Source: Clostridia bacterium
GTDB taxonomy: Bacteria > Bacillota > Clostridia > TANB77 > CAG-508
Length of the DNA stretch: 64,000 bases
Reading direction: 5' to 3'
Assembly: GCA_017936925.1 (NCBI GenBank)
Contig: JAGBEP010000010.1
Span: 15,105-79,104, forward strand
Below, in pieces: positions 39,964 through 50,685 of this stretch; positions within the stretch are counted from its first letter, which is position 1; every line of letters begins with the position of its first letter. The notes under the pieces are model-generated. The model made no database searches, had not been told where the DNA came from, and worked only from the letters and a program-made list of their open reading frames with translations. Position numbers and translations under genes: made by a program.

Positions 39964-41898
39964 ATGCGAGAAACAAAAAAGAACAAAATGGCAGATGCAC
40001 CAATGAAAAAATTGTTTTGGAAAATGGGTTTGCCAATGATTGTATCAATGGTATTGCAAGCACTATACAATGTTGTTGATAGTATATTTGTAGCTAATAT
40101 GGGAGAAACAGGAGCAATTGCTAATCAGGCATTGACAATTGCTTTTCCTATACAAATATTAATTATTGCTGTAGGGGTAGGAACTGGTGTTGGTTTAAAT
40201 GCATTATTTTCAAAAAGCTTAGGTGAAAAAAATCAGGAAAAGGTAAATAAAGTAGCTGGAAATGGCATTTTCTTAAGTATATGTATATTTATAGTATTTT
40301 TGTTATTTGGTTTATTTGGATCAAAATGGTTTATATCATTATTTGCTGCTGGAAAGAGTGAGGTACTTTCATTAGGAACAACTTATTTATGAATTTGTTG
40401 TTGTTTATCAGCTGGAGCAATAGGATTTACTGTTTATGAAAGATTTTTACAATCAACTGGAAAAACAATGCTTTCTACAATAGCACAAATATCAGGTGCT
40501 GTTACAAATATTGTTTTAGATTATATTTTTATATATCCTTGTAAAATGGGAGTAGCAGGTGCTGCCTGGGCTACTGTTATAGGACAATTTGTGTCATTAA
40601 TTCTTGCTATGATATTTCATTATTCTTTAAATAAAGAAGTAAATGGTAGTTTTAAATATATTAGACCGGAAGTTGGTTTAATAAAGGCTATTTACAGAAT
40701 TGGGATTTCAGCTGCAATTATGCAGGCATTACTTTCTGTAATGATGGCTGGAATGAATGCTATATTGAGCCAGGCTCATGCTAATCCAACGATCTTAGTT
40801 GGATCATTTGGAATTTATTATAAAATTCAACAAATTGCTTTATTTTCTGCATTTGGATTATCAAATACAATAATTTCAATTTTATCGTTTAATTACGGAA
40901 TGAAAGACAAAGAAAGAAGTAATGATTGTATAAAATGTGGAATAATCGACACCTTTATAGTTACCTTAGTTTTAACAATTATTTTTGAAATTTTTGCTAA
41001 ACCACTTGCAGGTTTATTTGGATTAACAGGTGGAAGTACAACAGAAATTATAAGTATATGTACTACAGCTCTTAAAATTGCTAGTATTGGTTATGTATTT
41101 ATGGGATTTTCTGTGGCAGTGCAGGGAGTTTTACAGTCTTTAGGTTATGCCTTAAAACCATTAATAATTTCATTACTTAGATTAGTAATTTTTGTATTTC
41201 CAATAGCATATTTATTTACTATGTCTGATAATGTTACGGCTATTGTTTGGTGGACTTTTCCAATAGCAGAAGTATTAACTGCAATTATTTCTATGTTTAT
41301 CTTGAAACACTCATATGATAAGAAAATCAAAATTTTGGAATTAGCAAATACAGGTAGAAAATTGATTATATCAATTTCACGTCAACATGGAACAAATGGA
41401 AAAGAAATAGGAAGAGAAGTTGCTAGAAGATTAGGAATAAAATTTTATGATAAAGAAGAAATGAAAAAATATGCTGTTGCTAATTCTTTAGCAGAAAATA
41501 CTGATGATGAGGAATTGTATAGATTTTATTTATCATTAGATGCAGAAAAGGATGCTATTATTAAACAAGCAGAAACAATTAAATCAATTGCAAGAGAAGA
41601 TGATTGCGTAATTGTTGGTAGAGCGTCAGATTATATATTGAAGGATAATCCAAATTTATTGAAGATATTTTTATATGCTCCATTAGAATATAGAATAAAT
41701 AAGGTTCAAGAAATGTATAAAGATACTTATCAAGAGGCTAAGAAGCATGTATTGGATTCTGATAAATCAAGATCTTCATATTATGAAGTGATTTCAAATC
41801 AAAAATGGGGAAATGTTTCAAATTACGATTTATGTTTAAACTGTGAGATTGGTAATCAAAAAATTGTGGATATCATTTGTTCATATATAAAAAGATAA
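39964..41898 (+). CDS. MATE-family efflux transporter interrupted by an in-frame TGA (40390-40392), with a C-terminal cytidylate-kinase-like (P-loop NMP-kinase, PF13189-like) domain
   Basis: Both ORF-track pieces are in the same frame. The N piece has the MATE motif ALYNVVDSIFVANMGETGAIA, and the C piece continues the MATE fold through 12 TMs. Then KLIISISRQHGTNGKEIGREVARRLGIKFYDKE matches the cytidylate kinase-like family N-terminus. Confidence 0.7.
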
Positions 41899-41902
41899 AA
41901 AT

Positions 41903-41939
41903 AAGTCTAAAGTATTTTAATGCTTTAGACTTATTTTTG
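41903..41939 (+). terminator. rho-independent terminator
   Basis: AAGTCTAAAG-loop-CTTTAGACTT followed by ATTTTTGG. Confidence 0.65.
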
Positions 41940-42073
41940 GCTACAAAATTTGATAAGGAGTTCAGAATGAGATTAATAAATGTAGTATAAATATGCTTAA
42001 AAGTGGACATTTATGGCTTTTTTTGATATGATATGTTTTAATCTAAGATTTTGGAAGGAGGTTTCCTATAACA

Positions 42074-43012
42074 ATGCGGAAATCGAGAAGAAGAAAAAAG
42101 ATTCTCATTCTTATTTTGTTGATTTTTATTGCTTTATTAGTTTTGGTTCGATATGTTTCATTTCCTCAAGAATTCTGTTTGTCTGATGTCAAACATGATG
42201 ATTCTGAACTTGAGATTCATATGATTGATGTGGGTCAAGCTGAATGTATTTTGCTTATTCAAGGAAAGCATTCAATGCTTATTGATACGGGTGAAATGTT
42301 TTGTGGTAAAGATATTACAGAATATTTGTATAGTGTTGGTATTGATAGCTTGGATGAACTGCTATTGACTCATTTTCACAAAGATCATATGGGTGGTGCT
42401 CATAAGATAATTAGTTCGATTTATGTCAAGCAAATTATGTGTATGAAACCTAAGTATATTAATACCTGTCAAGAATGGTTGTGGTATACTGATATGGAAG
42501 TCTCTAGAGTGATTTCAGATGTTTTTCATGCGACTATAATTAAACAGGAATCACCATATGAAGAGGCAGGTGTTTTAAAAACTTTTAAGTTGGGAGATGC
42601 TGAAGTAGAAATTTTATCACAAGAAGTTGATTGTAAAAATGTTAATGATAAGTGTATTGTGACAAAAGTTTCATATAAGGATTTTTCGGTACTTTTTATG
42701 GCTGATAGTGAGTCAGAAGTGGAGGATAATTTGCTAGAAGCAAATATTGATATTTCATCTGATGTTTTGAAAGTTGGTCATCATGGCAGTAAAACGTCTA
42801 CAGGAAAGGATTTTTTAGAGGCTGTGAATCCTACGATTGCTCTTATTAGCTGTGGCGAAGATAATGAGTATGGCCATCCAAATTCTTTTGTAATGAAAAA
42901 ACTAGAAAATCAGGAAATTGATGTGTATCGAACAGATACTGACGGAACTATTGTTTTAAAGACGAATGGAAGTATTGAAGAAACAGAAGTTATTAAACTT
43001 GGTAAGAATTGA
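42074..43012 (+). CDS. membrane-anchored MBL-fold hydrolase, ComEC C-terminal-domain-like
   Basis: N-terminal TM. HMIDVGQAE, THFHKDHMGG and VGHHGSKTS are motifs typical of the ComEC/Rec2 lactamase-like domain. Confidence 0.6.
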   Translation: MRKSRRRKKILILILLIFIALLVLVRYVSFPQEFCLSDVKHDDSELEIHMIDVGQAECILLIQGKHSMLIDTGEMFCGKDITEYLYSVGIDSLDELLLTHFHKDHMGGAHKIISSIYVKQIMCMKPKYINTCQEWLWYTDMEVSRVISDVFHATIIKQESPYEEAGVLKTFKLGDAEVEILSQEVDCKNVNDKCIVTKVSYKDFSVLFMADSESEVEDNLLEANIDISSDVLKVGHHGSKTSTGKDFLEAVNPTIALISCGEDNEYGHPNSFVMKKLENQEIDVYRTDTDGTIVLKTNGSIEETEVIKLGKN

Positions 43013-43024
43013 GAATCGAGATAA

Positions 43025-43058
43025 AAAGGGCATGCAATATGTTGCATGTTCCTTTTTT
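43025..43058 (+). terminator. rho-independent terminator
   Basis: AAGGGCATGCAA-TATG-TTGCATGTTCCTTTTTT. Confidence 0.5.
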
Positions 43059-43144
43059 ATATAATAGAAAATTCTTAAAAGTTGAAAAAAACGGATTTCT
43101 ATGCTAAAAATATTAAGTAATATTTGATGAAAAGAGAGAAAAAG

Positions 43145-45031
43145 ATGAATTATACAATTGTAAATGGTTCTGTTGAATTTGGAGCAGAAACAATTTTAGC
43201 AGAAATAAATTTTGAGGTAAAAGGAAAAGATAAGGTTGCAATTATTGGAAGAAATGGTGTTGGAAAATCTACTCTTTTAAAATCAATTATAGATAATAGT
43301 ATACTTACAGAAGGAATAGGAGAGGAAAAATTTAGTATTTATAAAGAGGGTGTATCTATTATTGGATATTTAAAACAAATTGATTTTGAAGATGAATCTA
43401 TTTCTATGATTGATGAGATTTTAAAGGTTTATAAACCGGTATTAGATACAGAAAAGAAAATGGAAATTTTGCTTGCCAGGATGCAAACAGATAAATCAGA
43501 AGAACTTGCTAAAGAATATTCTAAAACTTTGGATAGATATGAATTTTTAGATGGATATACTTATAAAAAAGAATATGAAACTGTTATTAATAAATTTGGT
43601 TTTACTAAAGAAGATAAAGAAAAAAAGATTTCTGATTTTTCTGGAGGACAAAGAACAAAAATTGCTTTTATAAAATTGCTTTTGAGTAAACCAGATATTT
43701 TACTTTTAGATGAGCCTACTAATCATTTGGATGTAACAACTATAGAATGGCTTGAAGGGTATTTAAAAAATTATCCTAAAGCAGTTGTTATTGTTTCTCA
43801 TGATAGAATGTTTTTAGATAAAATTGTTAATAAGGTTTATGAAATAGAATATGGAACTGTTACAAAATATACAGGAAATTATTCAGATTTTGAAAGACAG
43901 AAAAAAGCTAACTATGAAAAACAATTGAAAGATTATGAATATCAGCAGGCAGAAATAAAAAGACTTATGAGAGTTGTTGAAAGATTTAGGTATAAAGCTA
44001 CTAAAGCTAAAATGGCTCAATCAAAACTAAAACAAATCGAACATATGGTGAAAGTGAAAGAGCCTAGTAGATATGATCTGACATCTTTTAATATTAACTT
44101 TAAACTAGAAAAAGAAAGCGGTAAAGATGTTCTTCATGTTAGAAATTTAGAGATAGGCTATTCTAAGGTTATTCAAAAAATGTCTTTTGATTTGTATAGA
44201 GGACAAAAGCTTGCTGTTATTGGTGAAAATGGTATAGGAAAATCTACATTATTAAAAACGTTGGTTGGAAAGCTTGAAAAATTGAATGGGAATTTTGAGT
44301 TTGGTCATAATGTTGAAATTGGATATTTTGATCAACAAATGGCATTTTTTGATTCTAAAAAAACTGTTTTTGATGAGTTTTCTGAGGAGTTTCCGTGGCT
44401 TACTACTACAGAGGTTAGAAATTCTTTGGCTTCTTTTATGTTTTATGGTGAAGATGTTTTTAAAACAATTAATATGCTTTCTGGAGGAGAAAAAGTTAGG
44501 TTGCAACTTGCAAAAATTTTGAAAAAGGGTTCTAACTTTTTAATACTTGATGAACCTACTAACCATATGGATATTGTAGGAAAAGAAAGCTTAGAAATGC
44601 TTTTAAAAGAGTATAAGGGAACGATATTATTTGTTTCACATGATAGATTTTTTGTTAATAAGATTGCAGATTCTTTACTTGTTTTTGATAAAAATGGTGT
44701 TAAGTTCTATGATTGCACTTATAATGAGTATGAAGAAAAGATTAAAGATGAAGATATAAAAGAAGAAGGTATTCATGAGCAAAAGAAGAAAAATGAGAAT
44801 AATTTATATTTACAGCAAAAGGAACAAGCCAAAAGGGATGCTAGAATTAAAAAGATTGAAAAAGAAATAACTTTGATTGAAAATGAGGTGAAAGTTTTAG
44901 AAGGAAGTCTTCAGAGTGAGGAAGTTTATACAGATTATGAAAAATTAACGGATATTCAAAACCAGATTGATGAATCAAATATGAAGATTAATGAATTGAT
45001 GGAAGAATGGGAAGAATTAAGCACGAATTAG
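43145..45031 (+). CDS. ABC-F family ATPase (two tandem ABC domains, no TMD, C-terminal coiled-coil extension); Uup/EttA-like or ARE-like
   Basis: Two Walker A sites (GRNGVGKST, GENGIGKST), two signatures (FSGGQRTKIAF, LSGGEKVRLQL) and an inter-domain linker of about 75 aa. Confidence 0.8.
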   Translation: MNYTIVNGSVEFGAETILAEINFEVKGKDKVAIIGRNGVGKSTLLKSIIDNSILTEGIGEEKFSIYKEGVSIIGYLKQIDFEDESISMIDEILKVYKPVLDTEKKMEILLARMQTDKSEELAKEYSKTLDRYEFLDGYTYKKEYETVINKFGFTKEDKEKKISDFSGGQRTKIAFIKLLLSKPDILLLDEPTNHLDVTTIEWLEGYLKNYPKAVVIVSHDRMFLDKIVNKVYEIEYGTVTKYTGNYSDFERQKKANYEKQLKDYEYQQAEIKRLMRVVERFRYKATKAKMAQSKLKQIEHMVKVKEPSRYDLTSFNINFKLEKESGKDVLHVRNLEIGYSKVIQKMSFDLYRGQKLAVIGENGIGKSTLLKTLVGKLEKLNGNFEFGHNVEIGYFDQQMAFFDSKKTVFDEFSEEFPWLTTTEVRNSLASFMFYGEDVFKTINMLSGGEKVRLQLAKILKKGSNFLILDEPTNHMDIVGKESLEMLLKEYKGTILFVSHDRFFVNKIADSLLVFDKNGVKFYDCTYNEYEEKIKDEDIKEEGIHEQKKKNENNLYLQQKEQAKRDARIKKIEKEITLIENEVKVLEGSLQSEEVYTDYEKLTDIQNQIDESNMKINELMEEWEELSTN

Positions 45032-45125
45032 AAAAAAGTGTGCTATATCTAACTATATGATTATATTTTACATTGAAAAAAGAGGTTAATATTTGAAATT
45101 CCGGAAATAATTTAAAATAAAGGGG

Positions 45126-45155
45126 TTGCAATTCCTAGTAAAATGGTAGTATAAT
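45126..45155 (+). promoter_or_regulatory. promoter TTGCAA-18-TATAAT upstream of the Rrf2-suf operon
   Basis: TTGCAA at 45126-45131 and TATAAT at 45150-45155. Confidence 0.4.
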
Positions 45156-45177
45156 AAACAAGGTTGGAGGAGATAAT

Positions 45178-45579
45178 ATGAAAGTATCAACAAAAGGAAG
45201 ATATGCTCTTCGTATAATGATAGACTTGGCATTAAATGATAATGGAAAGTTTATTTCTCTTAAAGAGATTGCCAAAAGAAATGGAATTTCTGTAAAATAT
45301 TCTGAACAAATAATTTCTATGCTTAATAAAGCAGGATATTTAGAAACTGCTAGGGGTAATAATGGAGGTTACAAATTAAATAGGAAACCTGAAGAGTATA
45401 GTGTTGGAGATATTCTTAGAGCATCTGAAGGCGATTTGGCACCTATTACGTGTTTAGAAGAGGATGGACAATGTTCTAAAAAAGGAGATTGTATTACTTT
45501 TTCTTTTTGGGAAGGTCTAGATAGAGCTATTAATGATTATGTAGACAGTAAATCTTTAGCTGACGTTATTAAAGGTTAA
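45178..45579 (+). CDS. Rrf2-family transcriptional regulator (IscR/SufR-like, three Cys ligands)
   Basis: The MKVSTKGRYALRIMIDLA HTH region and CLEEDGQCSKKGDC cysteine cluster. Heads the suf operon. Confidence 0.8.
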   Translation: MKVSTKGRYALRIMIDLALNDNGKFISLKEIAKRNGISVKYSEQIISMLNKAGYLETARGNNGGYKLNRKPEEYSVGDILRASEGDLAPITCLEEDGQCSKKGDCITFSFWEGLDRAINDYVDSKSLADVIKG

Positions 45580-45641
45580 AAATGCAATAAAAAAATAGCG
45601 AATAGTAAAAATATGATAAAAGAATTGAGGGAGTTATATAA

Positions 45642-46388
45642 ATGAATAAATTACTTGAAATTAAAGATTTATATGCAAATGCTGGTGAAAAAGAAATTTT
45701 AAAGGGATTAAACTTAAATATCAATAAAGGAGAAATTCATGTTATTATGGGACCGAATGGTGCTGGAAAGTCTACTTTAGCTAATGTTATTTTTAATAAT
45801 CCTGTATATACTAAAAAATCTGGAGTAGTTGAATTTGAAGGAGAGAATATTAATGATTTAACTACTGATAAAATTGCTAAAAAAGGTGTATTTATGTCAT
45901 TTCAATCTCCAGAAGAGATACCTGGAATTTCTGGTATGAATTTTTTAAAGACTGCTAAGGGAAAAATTATTGACAAACCAGTAAAAATTTTTGAATTTAA
46001 AAAACAGGTAATGGAATATGTAGAAGAATTGAATATGAATTCAAAGTTAGTAGATAGAAATTTAAATGTTGGATTTTCTGGTGGAGAAAAAAAGAAAAAT
46101 GAAATACTTCAAATGCTTGTGTTAGAACCTAAACTTGCAATACTTGATGAAACAGATTCTGGACTTGATGTTGATGCTATTAAAGCTGTTTCAAAAGGAA
46201 TTAATTTATATAAAACAGAAGAAAATGCAATTTTAATTATTACTCACAATATGAAATTATTAGAAAATTTAAAAATAGATTATGTTCATGTTTTAGTAGA
46301 TGGAAAAATTGTAAAGACTGGAAATATGGATTTAGTTCATGAAATTGAAAAAAACGGATTTAAAGAATTTAAAAGAAAAGAGGACTAA
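45642..46388 (+). CDS. sufC: Fe-S cluster assembly ATPase SufC
   Basis: Walker A GPNGAGKST and signature FSGGEKK. Confidence 0.9.
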   Translation: MNKLLEIKDLYANAGEKEILKGLNLNINKGEIHVIMGPNGAGKSTLANVIFNNPVYTKKSGVVEFEGENINDLTTDKIAKKGVFMSFQSPEEIPGISGMNFLKTAKGKIIDKPVKIFEFKKQVMEYVEELNMNSKLVDRNLNVGFSGGEKKKNEILQMLVLEPKLAILDETDSGLDVDAIKAVSKGINLYKTEENAILIITHNMKLLENLKIDYVHVLVDGKIVKTGNMDLVHEIEKNGFKEFKRKED

Positions 46389-46391
46389 TTA

Positions 46392-47795
46392 ATGTCAGAA
46401 AAAACTAAAGTAGATGATATTAATAGAAATATATATGATATAAAAAATAAAGATGATTATGATTTTAAAATTCAAAATGGTATAAATGCTGATATTGTTA
46501 CTGAAATTTCGAAAATGAAAAATGAACCAGAATGGATGCTTAAAATTAGATTAGATGCTTTGGATATGTATAATAAATTGGAACTTCCTACATGGGGACC
46601 GGATTTGTCTGAACTTAATATGGATGAGATAGCTACTTATGTTAGACCAAAATCTAAATTAAATAGTAGTTGGGATGATGTTCCAGATGATATTAAAGAA
46701 ACTTTTGATAAACTAGGAATTCCAGAAGCGGAGAAAAAATCTTTATCTGGAGTTGGAGCTCAATACGATTCTGAAGTCGTTTATCATAGTATAAAAGAAG
46801 AGCTTATTAAACAAGGAGTTATATATACTGATATGGATACAGCAGTTAGAGAATATCCAGAAATTGTTAAAGAACATTTTATGAAATGTGTACCAATTTC
46901 TGATCATAAATTTGTTGCTCTTCATGCTGCTGTTTGGTCTGGCGGTTCTTTTGTATATGTACCTAAGGGAGTTAAGGTTGATATTCCACTTCAATCTTAT
47001 TTTAGATTAAATTCACCAGAGTCAGGGCAATTTGAACATACTTTAATTATAGTTGATGAGGGTGCAAGTCTTCATTTTATAGAAGGATGTTCTGCTCCTA
47101 AATACAATAAAGTTAATTTACATGCTGGTTGTGTTGAATTATATGTTAAAGACAATGCTTATCTTAGATATTCTACTATTGAAAATTGGTCTAAAAATAT
47201 GATGAATTTAAATACTAAAAAAGCATTGGTAGGTAAGAATGCTCAGATAGATTGGGTTACAGGTTCATTTGGCTCTAAAGTTTCTATGCTTTATCCAATG
47301 AGCATTTTAAATGGCGAAGGTGCTAAAACAGAATATACAGGAATTACGTTTGCTGGAAAAAGTCAAAATCTAGATACGGGATTTAAAGTTATTCATAATG
47401 CACCAAATACTTCGTCAGTTGTTAATTCAAAATCTATATCTAAAGACGGAGGTTCATGTACTTATAGAGCATTAGTTAGAATTGGAGAAAAGGCTAGTAA
47501 TTCTAAATGTAGTGTTAGTTGTGAATCCTTGATGCTTGATGGTATTTCTAGGTCTGATACAATTCCGGTTAATGATATCAGAAATGATGACGTTGAATTT
47601 TCTCATGAAGCTAAAATTGGAAAGATTAGTGATAAAGAAATTTTTTATTTGATGAGTAGAGGACTTTCAGAAGAAGATGCAAAAGCTATGATTGTTAGAG
47701 GATTTGCTTATCCTATATCAAAAGAATTACCAGTTGAGTATGCGGTAGAAATGAATAATTTAATTAATCTTGAGCTTGAGGGTAGTATTGGATAG
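46392..47795 (+). CDS. sufB: Fe-S cluster assembly protein SufB
   Basis: Length and the conserved SufB/D beta-helix region. Confidence 0.85.
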   Translation: MSEKTKVDDINRNIYDIKNKDDYDFKIQNGINADIVTEISKMKNEPEWMLKIRLDALDMYNKLELPTWGPDLSELNMDEIATYVRPKSKLNSSWDDVPDDIKETFDKLGIPEAEKKSLSGVGAQYDSEVVYHSIKEELIKQGVIYTDMDTAVREYPEIVKEHFMKCVPISDHKFVALHAAVWSGGSFVYVPKGVKVDIPLQSYFRLNSPESGQFEHTLIIVDEGASLHFIEGCSAPKYNKVNLHAGCVELYVKDNAYLRYSTIENWSKNMMNLNTKKALVGKNAQIDWVTGSFGSKVSMLYPMSILNGEGAKTEYTGITFAGKSQNLDTGFKVIHNAPNTSSVVNSKSISKDGGSCTYRALVRIGEKASNSKCSVSCESLMLDGISRSDTIPVNDIRNDDVEFSHEAKIGKISDKEIFYLMSRGLSEEDAKAMIVRGFAYPISKELPVEYAVEMNNLINLELEGSIG

Positions 47796-47834
47796 TTTTA
47801 AGATTGTTTATTATAAATTTTGAAAGGAATAAAA

Positions 47835-48881
47835 ATGGAAAAATTAGTTGTAAATGAAACACCGGTTAGAACTTCTAGAAATTTTCTGATTAATAATATT
47901 AAGTTAGAAGGTGTTGAAATTCCAAATAAATTAAGAACTTTTGATTCAATTCAGTATTTTTCTGAAAATACTAAATTAGAAAAATTGGACAAGAAGGTTT
48001 GTTTAGTTTATGGTAATGGAAAAATACTAGAAGATAATTGTAATGAAAATTCTAATAGTTCAATTAAGCTTAATATAAATAAAAAAGATGATATAAAACT
48101 AAAATATAATTTTGATGATAATAATTTGGAATTAATAAATAGATTAGAAATTAATGCTAATAGTGATGCAAATATTGTAATTGAATATAAGTCATTTACT
48201 GACCAAAAGTGTTTTCATAATGGAATTATTAAGATAAATGTAGCTCCTAATGTTAAAGTAAAAATAGCAGTAGTTAATTTGTTAAATAATGTATCTTTAA
48301 ATTTTGATAGTTTTGAAAATGAATTATCAGAAAATGCTGATTTGGAATATACTATTATAGATATTGGTGCTAAAGAAAGTATTTCAAATTATTATTCAAA
48401 TATATTAGGAAAAGAAGCTGAGAATAATTTAGAAACTGTTTATTTAGCTACTGATAATCAAATAAAAGATATTAATTATATTGCTGAACTTAGAGGCGAA
48501 AAAACGAAGATTAATATAGATGTTCAAGGAGCCCTAAAAAATCATAGCAAAAAGAATTTTAAAGGGACAATTGATTTTAAAAAGGGATGTAAAAAAGCTG
48601 TTGGAGATGAAAATGAGTATTGTATGCTTTTATCCGATGATTCTAGAAGTATAGCTCTTCCTATGCTTTTGTGTACAGAAGATGATGTAGAAGGCAATCA
48701 TTCTACTGCTTCTGGTAAGATAGCAAAAGATTCACTTTTCTATATTATGTCTCGAGGAATCGAATATAAAGAAGCGATAAAATTGATTGTTAAAGCAAGA
48801 TTTAACAAAATTATTGATAAAATAGGATATGACGATTTAAAAGAAGAAATATTTAAGGAAATTGATAGGAGATTAGATTAA
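47835..48881 (+). CDS. sufD: Fe-S cluster assembly protein SufD
   Basis: SufBD-family C-terminal region and operon position. ATG at 47835. Confidence 0.7.
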   Translation: MEKLVVNETPVRTSRNFLINNIKLEGVEIPNKLRTFDSIQYFSENTKLEKLDKKVCLVYGNGKILEDNCNENSNSSIKLNINKKDDIKLKYNFDDNNLELINRLEINANSDANIVIEYKSFTDQKCFHNGIIKINVAPNVKVKIAVVNLLNNVSLNFDSFENELSENADLEYTIIDIGAKESISNYYSNILGKEAENNLETVYLATDNQIKDINYIAELRGEKTKINIDVQGALKNHSKKNFKGTIDFKKGCKKAVGDENEYCMLLSDDSRSIALPMLLCTEDDVEGNHSTASGKIAKDSLFYIMSRGIEYKEAIKLIVKARFNKIIDKIGYDDLKEEIFKEIDRRLD

Positions 48882-50095
48882 TGAATTTTAAAAAAGATTT
48901 TCCAATTTTTGAAAATAAAAATATTGCGTATTTAGATAGCGGTGCGACTGCTCAAAAGCCTAAAATGGTGATTGATAGAATAGAAAAATTTTATGAAAAT
49001 AGTAATGCTAATCCTCATAGAGGGGCATATAGTTTAAGTATTGAGGCTACTTTTCAATATGAGGCTACTCGTGAGAAGATTGCTAAATTTATTAATGCTA
49101 AATCACATGAAGAAATTATTTTTTCTAAAAATGCTAGTGAGAGCTTGAATTTAATTGCATATTCATATGGTTTAGATAATTTAAAAAAAGATGATGATGT
49201 TGTGATTTCTATTATGGAACACCATTCAAATTTGGTTCCTTGGCAATTTGTAACACAAAAAACAGGCAGCAACTTAAAATATATGTATATAAATGATCAG
49301 TTTGAAATTTCTGAAAATGAAATAAAAGAAAAAATTACTGATAATACAAAGATTGTTGGAATTACACATGTATCTAATGTTACTGGAACCATTAACAATG
49401 TAAAAGAAATTATAAAATATGCTCATAAAAAAGGTGCAGTAGTTATTGTTGATGCATCTCAAAGTATTCCTCATATGAAAATTGATGTTCAAGATTTAGG
49501 TGCGGATTTTCTAGTTTTTTCTGGACATAAAATGCTTGCACCTTTAGGAATAGGAGTACTTTATGGCAAGAAAGAATTACTTAACAAAATGAAACCATTC
49601 TTGATGGGTGGAGATATGATTGAATATGTTTATGAACAAAAAACTACTTTTGCTTCACTTCCTAATAAATTTGAGGCTGGCACTCAAAATGTTGAAGGTG
49701 TAGTAGGACTAGGTGCTGCTATTGATTATATTGAGAGCATTGGATATGATAAAATTTATGAGCATGATAAAGAACTTGTTGAATATGCTAGAGAAAAATT
49801 AGAGAAATTAGATTATTTGGATTTGTATATGACACCTAATAGAGAGAATCATTCTGCTGTAATTTCTTTTAATATTAAGGGAGTTCATCCTCATGATGTG
49901 GCAAGTATTTTAGATTCAATGGGGGTTTGTGTTAGATCTGGTAATCATTGTGCACAACCTCTTATGAGATTTTTAGGTATTGATTCTACTTGTAGAGCAA
50001 GTTTTTATATTTATAATACAAAAGAGGATGTTGATAAGTTAGTTATGGCTATTGAAAAGGCGTATAAAATGTTTGAAAAATATATACAAAAATAG
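48881..50095 (+). CDS. sufS: cysteine desulfurase SufS (class II aminotransferase V)
   Basis: The PLP lysine region FSGHKM and the C-terminal RSGNHCAQP active-site cysteine loop. Confidence 0.9.
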   Translation: MNFKKDFPIFENKNIAYLDSGATAQKPKMVIDRIEKFYENSNANPHRGAYSLSIEATFQYEATREKIAKFINAKSHEEIIFSKNASESLNLIAYSYGLDNLKKDDDVVISIMEHHSNLVPWQFVTQKTGSNLKYMYINDQFEISENEIKEKITDNTKIVGITHVSNVTGTINNVKEIIKYAHKKGAVVIVDASQSIPHMKIDVQDLGADFLVFSGHKMLAPLGIGVLYGKKELLNKMKPFLMGGDMIEYVYEQKTTFASLPNKFEAGTQNVEGVVGLGAAIDYIESIGYDKIYEHDKELVEYAREKLEKLDYLDLYMTPNRENHSAVISFNIKGVHPHDVASILDSMGVCVRSGNHCAQPLMRFLGIDSTCRASFYIYNTKEDVDKLVMAIEKAYKMFEKYIQK

Positions 50096-50206
50096 TGTTT
50101 ATTATATCTAATTTTGTACCATTTATGGTAACTTATTCATATTCTATAATAGGAAGTTTTAAAATACCGAAACCCAAAATTGAATTATTAGAGGAGAAGA
50201 ATGTAG

Positions 50207-50674
50207 ATGGATAATTTAGATGAATTATATAATGATATAATTATGGAACATAGTATGAATTCTTATAATAAAAAGAAAATGGAGGGCGCTGATTTTTCTG
50301 AGATAGGTCATAATCCTAATTGTGGTGATGAAATTACATTAGAAATGAAAATGGATGGAGATGTTATTGAAGATATGGCATTTTCTGGACATGGATGTGC
50401 TATTTCTCAAGCATCAACTTCAGTAATGATTGATACTTTGAGGGGTAAAACTATATATGAAGCTAAAGAAATTATAAGAATTTTTATAGAAATGATAAAA
50501 AGAGAAACAAAAGATGAATCAGAGCTTGAAAAGCTTGAGGATGCAATAGCTTTTAAAAATGTTTCTAATATGCCAGCTAGGGTAAAATGTGCTTTGCTTG
50601 CATGGCATACAGTCGAAGATATGATTGAAAAAGGTGAATCAGAAGGCAAGATTTCTTGCAAATGTTGTCATTAA
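50207..50674 (+). CDS. sufU: SufU/IscU-type Fe-S scaffold or sulfur-transfer protein
   Basis: NPNCGDE, HGCAIS and CALL..H Cys motifs. Confidence 0.8.
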   Translation: MDNLDELYNDIIMEHSMNSYNKKKMEGADFSEIGHNPNCGDEITLEMKMDGDVIEDMAFSGHGCAISQASTSVMIDTLRGKTIYEAKEIIRIFIEMIKRETKDESELEKLEDAIAFKNVSNMPARVKCALLAWHTVEDMIEKGESEGKISCKCCH

Positions 50675-50685
50675 TAGGAGAAGTA

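Noticed and set aside
40390-40392. TGA recoding (Trp, Gly or Sec) as an explanation for the in-frame TGA in the MATE gene
   Set aside because: TGA is used as a genuine stop elsewhere in the window (for example the 18954 gene ends at 19413-19415). The MATE alignment predicts Arg at this position. No SECIS-like structure was seen.
50656-50685. mnmA start at 50656, overlapping the sufU 3' end
   Set aside because: An AGGAG RBS directly precedes the ATG at 50686. The upstream extension has no RBS and overlaps sufU.
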